In this document: in pieces, positions 27,057-35,739 of the stretch
How the letters are laid out: every line of letters starts with the position of its first letter
Position numbering within the stretch: the stretch's first letter is position 1
Assembly (NCBI GenBank): GCA_963658165.1
Contig: CAVKQP010000001.1
Span: 1-41,546, forward strand
Length of the DNA stretch: 41,546 nt
Direction of reading: 5' to 3'
From: Clostridium sp. CAG:302
Lineage (GTDB): Bacteria; Bacteroidota; Bacteroidia; Bacteroidales; Bacteroidaceae
Notes under the pieces: model-generated
The model's database searches: none
Told to the model about the DNA's origin: nothing
The model's input: only the letters and a program-made list of their open reading frames with translations
Made by a program: the position numbers and the translations under genes

Positions 27057-30000
27057 ATGAGCAAGAAAACCAATAACCTGTATGCTTCATCCCGTATGTG
27101 GAAGACATTTTCACGTAGGGTGCTGACATTGGCCATACTATTGGTCGTTAGCGTGAGTGCTTTTGCACAGTCTAAGACTGTCACAGGAAAAATTGTAGAT
27201 GCCAACGGTGAACCTGTCATCGGTGCATCGGCTATCGTGAAGGGTACGTCTATCGGTGGCGTGAGCGACATCGACGGAAACTTTACCATCAAGAACGTAC
27301 CTGAGAACGCAACCATTCAAGTAAGTTATGTGGGCTATAAAGCCCAAACTATTTCAGTAAAGGGAAAGAACACTATCACCATCACCTTGTTGGAAGACAA
27401 TACCACGCTTGACGACGTGGTAGTCATCGGTTATGGTAGTGTGAAGAAGAGCACCTTGACTGCCGCCGTGTCTAAGATGGACGCCAAGGGCATTGAGAAC
27501 CGTACATTGGCACGTGCCGAGACAGCCCTGCAAGGACAACTTGCCGGTGTGCAGGTGAGAACCACGACGGGTGAACCTGGTTCCGACATGCAGATTCGCG
27601 TGCGTGGTGCCGCTTCTGTCAATGCTAGTTCCGACCCACTTTATGTAGTAGATGGTGTGCCTATGGATAACTTGAGCGGTATCAATCCCGCCGATATCCA
27701 GAGTATTGAAGTGCTGAAAGACGCTGCTTCTGCTGCCATCTATGGTTCACGCGGTTCTAACGGCGTTGTGATGGTGAGCACCAAGAAGGGTAAGAGCGGC
27801 AAACCTCAAGTGTCGTTCAACGCCCAGTTTGGTTGGCAGCATCAAGAGAAGAAACTCGATATCTTGAGTTCTACTGAGTGGATGGAGTATCGCTTGAAGT
27901 ATAACGATGCCTACTATCTGCGTCAGGCAGCCAACAAGGGCATCACCACTGCCAGCATCAAGGATGACAATGCTACCCGTGTGGCTACGCTCGGACTGAC
28001 AAAGAACGACCCCAATGTGATGCTCGACAATCGTTGGTTCCAGTATCTGAGTCAAGCAGACCGTGACGCACACACCTATGAGGCAACCGACGAGACGTTG
28101 TGCTTGCTCGATTGGCAGGACGAGTTCTACCGCAATGCCGCCATTCAGGACTACAATATTAACGTGGCAGGCGGTACAGACCGTTCTTCCTATATGTTCT
28201 CAGGCGGCTATATGAAACAAGACGGTATCGCTCGTGGCACGGGTTACCAGCGTTTCTCACTCCGCACCAAGTTGGAGACAAAAATCAACAAATACATCAC
28301 CGTGGGCATCAACCTTGCTCCTACCTATATCGTGAACGATGGTTCGGGTATGGTGAATGGTAAGGACTCACAGTCTCACCAGGTGCTGACCTCTGTGCCA
28401 GTGTCTGAGCAAGGCGTGGGTTACATCACCAATGCCAACGGCAATAGCTACTATCCATGGGCAGGAAGTGCTTCCAGTCCTACTTATTATATGGACCAGA
28501 ACACCAGCCAGAGCCGCATCATGAAGTTGGCTGCCAATGGTTTTGTACGTGTGACTCCTATCAAGGACTTGAGCATTGAGTTTACAGGTGCAGCCCAGTA
28601 TTATGACAAGGATGCCAATTCCTACTATACCACTATGGCTTCTAAGAATTGGTCATATGGTGAAGGCGCCAAGTCTTCAGGCCGTCACCAGACGGAGCGT
28701 GCTATGGAAACTTTGATGCAGGCAGTAGCCAACTATAGCTTCACACTTGGCAAGGCTCACAACTTCGATGCCATGCTCGGTGCTTCTGCTGAGAAGACCA
28801 GTGTGGGCTATACCACAGATCAGAACTTCAGTGGTCCTTTCCCCAACGATGCTATCCAAGGATCTTTCGACGGCTCACAGGTAGGTGTGAAAACCAACAC
28901 AGTAACTGAGAAGACCCCCAAGAAGTTGACCTCTTTCTTCGGTCGTATTCAGTACAACTTCGATGAGAAATACATGCTTTCTGCCAGTGTGCGTACCGAT
29001 GGTTGCTCGGTGTTCGGTGCCGATAACAAGTGGGGTGTGTTCCCCGCAGCCTCTGCAGGATGGTTGGTATCTAACGAAAAGTTCTTCAAGAAGTTAGACC
29101 TCAAGTGGTGGAACACCTTGAAGATCAGATTAAGCTATGGTGAGACTGGTAACAACAACATCAGCAACACTGCTGCTTATCCTACCTTGACAGGTACCAT
29201 CTACGCAGGATCTAACGGCTACTATGCTAATTCTCTCGGTAATGCCGACCTCGGATGGGAGAAGACCAAGAGTACCGACATTGCTATCGACTTGGCATTC
29301 TTGAAGAACCGCATCCAGTTGTCTCTTGACTACTACACCAAGAGAACTTCCGACCTTCTTTATCAAGTGCCTGTTCCTGGCGTGTCTGGTTTCAAGACCG
29401 TATGGGATAACTTGGGCGATATCGACAACCACGGATTTGAAATCGAGTTGAACACTCGCAACTTGACAGGACAGTTTAAGTGGGATACCTCTTTCAACAT
29501 GTCTTACAACAAGAACGAGGTGAAGTCGCTCGGCGTTGACAATACCCCTGTATACTCTGGTTTCCAGGGCAGCAACTACTCTAACGTATTGATGGTGGGC
29601 AAACCCATCAACACTTTCTATATGTATGATGCCATTGGCGTGTGGAAGAATCAAGCCGAAATCGATGCTTATAGCGCAGCCCATGGTGGCAAGGCTGTGA
29701 CCTTCGAGGGCAAGCAGATTAAGCCCGGTGACATTCGTTACCGCGACGTGGACGACAGTGGTGACTTTACTTCTGACGATAAGGACTATCTCGGACAGCC
29801 TACTCCTAAGTTCGTGTTCGGTATGACCAACACCTTCCATTGGAAAGACTTCGATGCTTCTATCCTCTTGACCGCACAGACAGGCGGTAAGATCTTTGGT
29901 GTATTCGGTCGTGCCAACGACCGCCCGAGCATGGGTGCCAACACCAACGTGATGGGACATTGGAGAAACGCATGGTGGAGCGAGGAAGAGACCGGCGACG

Positions 30001-30320
30001 GCAAGACTCCTTATATCCTCAGCACGACAACAGGTACAACCCTTGACTCACGCTGGCTCTACTCTTCAGACTATCTGCGCATCAAGAACCTGACCATCGG
30101 CTACAAGTTGCCTATCAATCCTAAGATACTTTCCTATGCACGCGTTTACTTCTCTGTAGAGAACCTCGCATGCTGGAACAGTTACTATGGAGGTTATTCA
30201 CCTGAGGCAGCCAACACTGCATCCAGCTCTTCACCTGGTGGACAGAGCGCATTGGGTCTCGACTACAGTAGCTACCCTTTGTCTCGTACCTTCACCTTCG
30301 GTATCAACATCAATTTCTAA
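27057..30320 (+). CDS. SusC/RagA-family TonB-dependent transporter
   Basis: GEPVIGAS, LDDVVVIGYG, PLYVVDG, IEVLKDAASAAIYGSRGSNGV, LGWEKT, YLRIKNLTIGY and C-terminal GININF. Confidence 0.96.
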   Translation: MSKKTNNLYASSRMWKTFSRRVLTLAILLVVSVSAFAQSKTVTGKIVDANGEPVIGASAIVKGTSIGGVSDIDGNFTIKNVPENATIQVSYVGYKAQTISVKGKNTITITLLEDNTTLDDVVVIGYGSVKKSTLTAAVSKMDAKGIENRTLARAETALQGQLAGVQVRTTTGEPGSDMQIRVRGAASVNASSDPLYVVDGVPMDNLSGINPADIQSIEVLKDAASAAIYGSRGSNGVVMVSTKKGKSGKPQVSFNAQFGWQHQEKKLDILSSTEWMEYRLKYNDAYYLRQAANKGITTASIKDDNATRVATLGLTKNDPNVMLDNRWFQYLSQADRDAHTYEATDETLCLLDWQDEFYRNAAIQDYNINVAGGTDRSSYMFSGGYMKQDGIARGTGYQRFSLRTKLETKINKYITVGINLAPTYIVNDGSGMVNGKDSQSHQVLTSVPVSEQGVGYITNANGNSYYPWAGSASSPTYYMDQNTSQSRIMKLAANGFVRVTPIKDLSIEFTGAAQYYDKDANSYYTTMASKNWSYGEGAKSSGRHQTERAMETLMQAVANYSFTLGKAHNFDAMLGASAEKTSVGYTTDQNFSGPFPNDAIQGSFDGSQVGVKTNTVTEKTPKKLTSFFGRIQYNFDEKYMLSASVRTDGCSVFGADNKWGVFPAASAGWLVSNEKFFKKLDLKWWNTLKIRLSYGETGNNNISNTAAYPTLTGTIYAGSNGYYANSLGNADLGWEKTKSTDIAIDLAFLKNRIQLSLDYYTKRTSDLLYQVPVPGVSGFKTVWDNLGDIDNHGFEIELNTRNLTGQFKWDTSFNMSYNKNEVKSLGVDNTPVYSGFQGSNYSNVLMVGKPINTFYMYDAIGVWKNQAEIDAYSAAHGGKAVTFEGKQIKPGDIRYRDVDDSGDFTSDDKDYLGQPTPKFVFGMTNTFHWKDFDASILLTAQTGGKIFGVFGRANDRPSMGANTNVMGHWRNAWWSEEETGDGKTPYILSTTTGTTLDSRWLYSSDYLRIKNLTIGYKLPINPKILSYARVYFSVENLACWNSYYGGYSPEAANTASSSSPGGQSALGLDYSSYPLSRTFTFGININF

Positions 30321-30344
30321 TCAACCTTTTTAAATCTAAAGAAT

Positions 30345-31970
30345 ATGTTTAAACTTAGAAATATATTATGGATGGGAGCACTTGCATTGGCTTTTACCTC
30401 TTGCAGTGATGAATATATGGACACCCCTCCAAGCGATTTGATTTCGTCTGCGACATTCTATAAAACCGCCACACAGGTGAATCAGGCTGTGATCGGTCTC
30501 TATACAGATATGCAAATGCTCGACTACGATGGCTATCTGATGATGTCGGAATGTCGTTCGGATAATTTCTGGGTAGAGCCAAGCCCGAATGGTTTGCGTG
30601 AATATTCCGAGATTGGCACCTTCCGTGCCACTTGGACACTTGGCATGTTTAATGACACGTGGAATTTGTTATACAAAACCATCTATGATGCCAACATGCT
30701 GCTGTCTAAGATAGACGCTGCTGAATTCCAGTCGGAAGACATCAGAAACCAGTTTAAGGGTGAAGCACGCTTCATGCGTGGATGGGCTTACTTGGAGTTG
30801 GCACGTTTCTTTGGCAATGTGCCTATCGTTAGCAAACCTGTCACCCCAGCAGAGTCGAAGACCATCGGTCAGTCTACACCAAGAGAAGTGTTCGACCAAA
30901 TGGTTATTCCCGATTTGACTGAAGCCACCAATCTGTTGCCCGTGAAGAGCAAGTTGGTAGATGCTAAGGGTTCAAGCATTTCTACATCGGGCCGTGCAGA
31001 CAAGATTGCTGCTAAAGCCATGTTGGCACGTGCCTATATGACGTTGGCTGGCTATCCGTTCAACGACACTGCTGCCAAGGCTTCTGCCAAGACTCTTCTC
31101 AAGGATGTGCTTGACAATAGTAGTAGCTATTGGGCAGAGAACATCACAGAGTGGAAGAAGCAATGGATGCCAAGTAGCGACTACTACAACAAGTACACCA
31201 TCTTCGCCATCCAGCATCGCACGGGTGAGAAAAAGAACTATGTGATCTTCAATACAACTCCCGAGTTGGCTCCTTCTCAGACCACCATTCGTCTTATGGG
31301 CAACTCTGTCTGGTTGGAGAAGAGCTTGGCATACGAGTTTGAGAAAGACAACCATAAGGATTTGCGCGGTCTTGGCTTCGGCACACTTGAAGAGCAAGCT
31401 GTGGAAAAGAACTATAATGGTTATGCCAACGAGAAGGACACTTATATCGACGAAGACGGTAATTCGCATGAGGTTTATAAGAAGACCATCTGTCTGAAGC
31501 TCGTTCCTACCAAGCCTAAATTGGCAGCATTGGGTATGTCGTTCGATGAAGGAACCATGTCAGACTACTATGACTGGCCAACCAACTTCCCCGTGCTTCG
31601 CATTGAGGACATGATGCTGCTCTATGCTGAAATTCTGACAGACGAAGGCAACCTGACAGAAGCCATGAGCTACGTGAACAAGATACGTGCTCGTGCTGGT
31701 GTCGATGAGGTGACTGCCACCACGAAGGAAGAAGCTATGAAGTATATCAAGCGTGAGCGTCGCCTTGAGTTGGTAAACGAGGGCGTTCGTTGGTTCGACG
31801 AGATCCGCTATGGTGAATGGAAGTCGGACATCACCAAGATGTTTAATAGCTACAACAATCCTACAGGAACGAGTGTAGATTTCATCAAGAACTATCTCTA
31901 TCCGATACCGCAGAACCAGTATAATGCGGCTCCAGGTTTGTATAAGCAGAACGACGGCTATACCGAATAA
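30345..31970 (+). CDS. SusD/RagB-family glycan-binding lipoprotein
   Basis: Lipobox FTSC, GEARFMRGWAY...FFGNVPI, LLYAE, RERRLELVNEGVRWFD and LYPIP. Confidence 0.95.
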   Translation: MFKLRNILWMGALALAFTSCSDEYMDTPPSDLISSATFYKTATQVNQAVIGLYTDMQMLDYDGYLMMSECRSDNFWVEPSPNGLREYSEIGTFRATWTLGMFNDTWNLLYKTIYDANMLLSKIDAAEFQSEDIRNQFKGEARFMRGWAYLELARFFGNVPIVSKPVTPAESKTIGQSTPREVFDQMVIPDLTEATNLLPVKSKLVDAKGSSISTSGRADKIAAKAMLARAYMTLAGYPFNDTAAKASAKTLLKDVLDNSSSYWAENITEWKKQWMPSSDYYNKYTIFAIQHRTGEKKNYVIFNTTPELAPSQTTIRLMGNSVWLEKSLAYEFEKDNHKDLRGLGFGTLEEQAVEKNYNGYANEKDTYIDEDGNSHEVYKKTICLKLVPTKPKLAALGMSFDEGTMSDYYDWPTNFPVLRIEDMMLLYAEILTDEGNLTEAMSYVNKIRARAGVDEVTATTKEEAMKYIKRERRLELVNEGVRWFDEIRYGEWKSDITKMFNSYNNPTGTSVDFIKNYLYPIPQNQYNAAPGLYKQNDGYTE

Positions 31971-31986
31971 TCATAACGAAAGAACA

Positions 31987-32020
31987 AAAAAGTCCCAGGG
32001 CATTTGTCTTGGGACTTTTT
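31987..32020. terminator. Intrinsic terminator after the first susD
   Basis: AAAAAGTCCCAGGGC...GTCTTGGGACTTTTT. Confidence 0.85.
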
Positions 32021-32092
32021 GGTTTTTATCTAACGCGTGGAATGATGACGCTTATTGGGGATAGTCCGAAAAACTCTTTAGCACTTGTGTGG

Positions 32093-32145
32093 TGGGATTA
32101 CAAATCCCATGGAGTATGAACGCTTCGGGATTGCAAATCCCGAAG
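32093..32145. repeat. Doublet of REP-like palindromes GGGATT(A/G)CAAATCCC
   Basis: TGGGATT-ACA-AATCCCA (32093-32109) and CTTCGGGATT-GCA-AATCCCGAAG (32123-32145); cores are 33 bp apart. Confidence 0.8.
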
Positions 32146-32155
32146 GACAAAAAGA

Positions 32156-32227
32156 GAGGCTCACTTAGTTGTTGCAAGAAGCTCACTTAGTTGTCGCAAG
32201 AGGTACACTTGTTAGTCGTATGAGGCT
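32156..32227. repeat. 22-bp tandem repeat, 3 units plus a partial fourth
   Basis: GAGGCTCACTTAGTTGTTGCAA / GAAGCTCACTTAGTTGTCGCAA / GAGGTACACTTGTTAGTCGTAT / GAGGCT. Confidence 0.85.
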
Positions 32228-32231
32228 GTCG

Positions 32232-32306
32232 TGTAGGATAAATGTAGGTTTAGTGTAGCAATGTAGGATGAAAGTAGAAACATTATACATGTATACGCAT
32301 ATGCGT
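32232..32306. repeat. Phased TGTAG motifs followed by two 12-bp palindromes
   Basis: TGTAG at 32232, 32243, 32254 and 32262, AGTAG at 32273; TATACATGTATA (32284-32295) and ACGCATATGCGT (32295-32306). Confidence 0.55.
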
Positions 32307-32389
32307 GAGGGAGAATGTCAGTAGAAAAAATAATGTAAAATTATACATATTTATAGTGGGTTTGAAATGCTTATGTGATAAAATTATAT

Positions 32390-32397
32390 TATCTTTG
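32390..32397 (+). promoter_or_regulatory. -7 promoter box TATCTTTG for the second susC
   Basis: TAnnTTTG consensus about 73 nt before ATG 32471. Confidence 0.65.
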
Positions 32398-32470
32398 CAA
32401 CCGACTATTTAATACAGTATTCAAGATACAGTCTTTTAGGTAACAAAACTAAAATTTTAAACTTAACTTT

Positions 32471-35400
32471 ATGCAAAACAAAAAGTTTTTGTATGGACTT
32501 TGCTGCGCTTTAGTAGCAATGTTCGTATTTCCAGCTTTGGCCCTTGCACAAAACATCACCATCACCGGACAGGTGAGTGATGATGCTGATGTCATCATCG
32601 GTGCGACGGTCAAGGCAGTGCCTGGCTCTACAGGTACAGTGACAGATCTTGACGGTAACTACAAGATTACCGTTCCTTCTACCACCAAGAGCCTTGTTTT
32701 CTCCTATGTGGGCTACAAGGAAAAGACCGTGGAAATCAAGGGCCGTACCACCATCAATGTGAAGATGGAGTCGGCAAGTCAGATGCTCGACGAGGTGGTA
32801 TCTATCGGTTATGCCAAGGTGAAGCGTAAGGACTTGACCGCAGCGACAGCTTCTGTGAGCGGTAAGGACTTGGCACAAGTACCTGCCACATCGGCAGCTC
32901 AAGCCCTCACTGGTAAAGCAGCAGGTGTGAACATCGTCACACAGAGTGGTGCACCTGGCGCCGATATCAATATCACAGTCCGAGGAGGTACGTCAATTAC
33001 TCAGAGCACGAAGCCACTTTACATCGTTGATGGCTTCCAGATGGAAGATGGTCTGCGCAATGTGGATATCAACGACATCGAGACCATCGACGTGATGAAA
33101 GACGCTTCTGCTACCGCCATCTATGGTGCTGCAGGTGCCAATGGGGTAATCCTTATCACCACCAAGAGCGGTAAGGCAGGCAAGACAGAAGTGTCATACA
33201 ATGGTTATGTGAGCTTCTCTCGACTCGGCAAGAAACTCGACCTTCTTGGCGTAGAAGACTATGTGAAATATCAGTATGAGTTTCAGACACTTCGCGGCAA
33301 TGAAGACGGCTTCGCTGGACTCTTCGGCGGTAGCGTGAGCGATGCCGACTTCTATACAGGTGCCTATAGCCGCATTGCCAGCGAATATGGCAATCGTGAA
33401 GGCATCGATTGGCAGGACGAAGTGTTCGGCAACACAGGTGTGGCTCAGACCCACAATGTCAACATCTCGGGCGGTAGCGAGAAAACCAAGTATATGTTGA
33501 GCTACAACTATACGGGAGAAGACGGTATCATGTCTAAGCACGGCTATTATAAGAACAGTATTCGTGCGAAGATCAACCACGAACTGTGGAAAGGTGTGCG
33601 CTTCGACTTTTCTTCTGCTATGCAGATGACCAAACTTGAAGGTGGCGGTTCGCTCGGTGGCACACTGAAGCAGACCATTTTGCAGCCTGTAACTGGTGGT
33701 GTTCGGTTCACCAATGCTCAATTGCTCGGTGAAGACCTTGCCGATGCTTATGAAGCCATTCCAGGTAGTAACAACTACGACTCTAACAACCCTATTCTGA
33801 ACAACAATGCCATTACCAACGAGAAGTACACACGTCTTGCGACGGTGAACGCAGGCATTGAGTTCGACATCATCAAAAATCTTACTTGGCGTACTGCTGC
33901 CAGCTATCAGTGGAAGCAGACTCGCACCGATTATTGGGATGATGGTTCTACCAAAACTGCTTCTTCTTACCAGAGCCCTTATGGTTATGGCAAGCGCAAC
34001 AATGCTGAGGCATGGCAGTGGCAGGTGACCAACACCCTTAACTATGCCTTTGACATCAACAAGAATCATCATTTCACAGCCTTGCTCGGTCAGGAAACCA
34101 CCTATTGGGAAACGATGAAACTCGACAACGAGTATCGTCAGTTCTCCGATGGTAACTTCGGTTTGAACGATGTGAGCATGGGTACACCGACCACATGGAC
34201 TTCGGGCAAGACTCGCCGTGGTCGTGTGTCATGGTTCACCCGTGTGTCTTACAACTTCCTTGACCGCTATCTCATCAACGCTACTCTGCGTGGTGACGGC
34301 TCTTCAAAGTTTGCCAAGGGCAACCAGTGGGGCTACTTCCCATCAGCTTCTGCTGCATGGCGCATCTCAGAGGAACCCTTCTTCGCTAATCTGAAAAATA
34401 TCTTCCACAACTTAAAACTCCGTGTGGGATATGGTACAGCTGGTAACGACAATATTGATAATAATATGTATGCTACCACATACGGCTCTGGTCACTACGG
34501 TGTCAATGGTAAAGACTATATCACTTATGTGCCAGGAACAACGCTCGGCAACAAGAATCTGAAGTGGGAGAAGACCGAAACCATCGATGTGGGTCTCGAT
34601 GTTTCCGTACTTCGTGGTCGTGTGAACCTTGGCATCGACTGGTATAACAACACCTCTAAGAACCTGCTCATCCAGAACAAGATTCCTACCTCTACGGGTT
34701 ATAGCACTCAGTATCAGAACGTAGGTTCTATCCGCAACCGCGGTGTCGAAGTGGTCATCAATGCTACTCCTATTCGCACCAAGGACTTCTCTTGGACTAC
34801 AGACTTCAATATCGCCTTCAATCGTTCTAAGGTACTCGAGATCTATGGCAGTAGCAGCGAAACCGATTATATGCTCAAGGACTATGAATCTCGTATGGGC
34901 TTCAAGATTGAGAAGGGCAAATCACTGGGGCAGTTCTATGGCTTGCAGTATGATGGCCTTTACACCACAGCCGATTTCGACCAGAACGAAGACGGTACCT
35001 ACAGCCTCAAGAAGGGCGTAGCAAGTCTCAAGGGCTTCGACCGCAAGAGCGTGAAACCTGGCGACGTGAAGTATAAAGCCATTAACGGCGACACCGACAA
35101 AGATGGCAACCCCGTGTGGTCTACCAACGACCGTACCGTGATTGGCAACGCTTCACCTGACTTTACGGGTGGTTGGAACAATACCTTTACTTATAAAGGC
35201 TTCGACCTGACCATCTTCATGAACTTCTGTGTGGGCAACGATGTGTTTAACATGAGCACCCAGCGCTTCGTCGGTCCTTATCTTGCCAACCAGAACACCA
35301 TTTCTGCGATGGCAAATCGCTACACCCTCATCGACCCAGCTACAGGTAAGGAGACCACTAATCTGGCTCGTTTGGCTGAGTTGAACCCCGGTGAAGACAA

Positions 35401-35719
35401 CGGCAGTCGCATGTGGAACATCTCAAGCAACAACAAGACTGCTATCTCAGACCATAGCAGCTACTACATCGAGGATGGCTCATTCCTTCGTCTGAACACC
35501 ATCACCTTGGGCTACACATTCCCCAAGAAGTGGTTGCAGCACATCTATGTGCAGAAGGCCCGCATCTATGCTACGGTTAACAACATCCATACCTTCACTA
35601 ACTATACCGGTTACGACCCTGAAGTTTCAGCTTCGGGCAGTGCTCTCACGCCAGGTGTGGACAACTCTTCCTACCCACGTTCTAAGAGCTGGGTTATCGG
35701 TGTAAACTTAACATTCTAA
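32471..35719 (+). CDS. SusC/RagA-family TonB-dependent transporter
   Basis: LDEVVSIGY, PLYIVDG, IDVMKDASATAIYGAAGANGVILITTKSG, LKWEKT, EDGSFLRL, GYDPEV and C-terminal GVNLTF. Confidence 0.96.
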   Translation: MQNKKFLYGLCCALVAMFVFPALALAQNITITGQVSDDADVIIGATVKAVPGSTGTVTDLDGNYKITVPSTTKSLVFSYVGYKEKTVEIKGRTTINVKMESASQMLDEVVSIGYAKVKRKDLTAATASVSGKDLAQVPATSAAQALTGKAAGVNIVTQSGAPGADINITVRGGTSITQSTKPLYIVDGFQMEDGLRNVDINDIETIDVMKDASATAIYGAAGANGVILITTKSGKAGKTEVSYNGYVSFSRLGKKLDLLGVEDYVKYQYEFQTLRGNEDGFAGLFGGSVSDADFYTGAYSRIASEYGNREGIDWQDEVFGNTGVAQTHNVNISGGSEKTKYMLSYNYTGEDGIMSKHGYYKNSIRAKINHELWKGVRFDFSSAMQMTKLEGGGSLGGTLKQTILQPVTGGVRFTNAQLLGEDLADAYEAIPGSNNYDSNNPILNNNAITNEKYTRLATVNAGIEFDIIKNLTWRTAASYQWKQTRTDYWDDGSTKTASSYQSPYGYGKRNNAEAWQWQVTNTLNYAFDINKNHHFTALLGQETTYWETMKLDNEYRQFSDGNFGLNDVSMGTPTTWTSGKTRRGRVSWFTRVSYNFLDRYLINATLRGDGSSKFAKGNQWGYFPSASAAWRISEEPFFANLKNIFHNLKLRVGYGTAGNDNIDNNMYATTYGSGHYGVNGKDYITYVPGTTLGNKNLKWEKTETIDVGLDVSVLRGRVNLGIDWYNNTSKNLLIQNKIPTSTGYSTQYQNVGSIRNRGVEVVINATPIRTKDFSWTTDFNIAFNRSKVLEIYGSSSETDYMLKDYESRMGFKIEKGKSLGQFYGLQYDGLYTTADFDQNEDGTYSLKKGVASLKGFDRKSVKPGDVKYKAINGDTDKDGNPVWSTNDRTVIGNASPDFTGGWNNTFTYKGFDLTIFMNFCVGNDVFNMSTQRFVGPYLANQNTISAMANRYTLIDPATGKETTNLARLAELNPGEDNGSRMWNISSNNKTAISDHSSYYIEDGSFLRLNTITLGYTFPKKWLQHIYVQKARIYATVNNIHTFTNYTGYDPEVSASGSALTPGVDNSSYPRSKSWVIGVNLTF

Positions 35720-35739
35720 TTATTCAATTCAGACTAAAT

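Noticed and set aside
32093..32306. Possible CRISPR array
   Set aside because: Units are contiguous 22-mers or short palindromes with no unique spacers of about 30 nt, and no cas genes are present.
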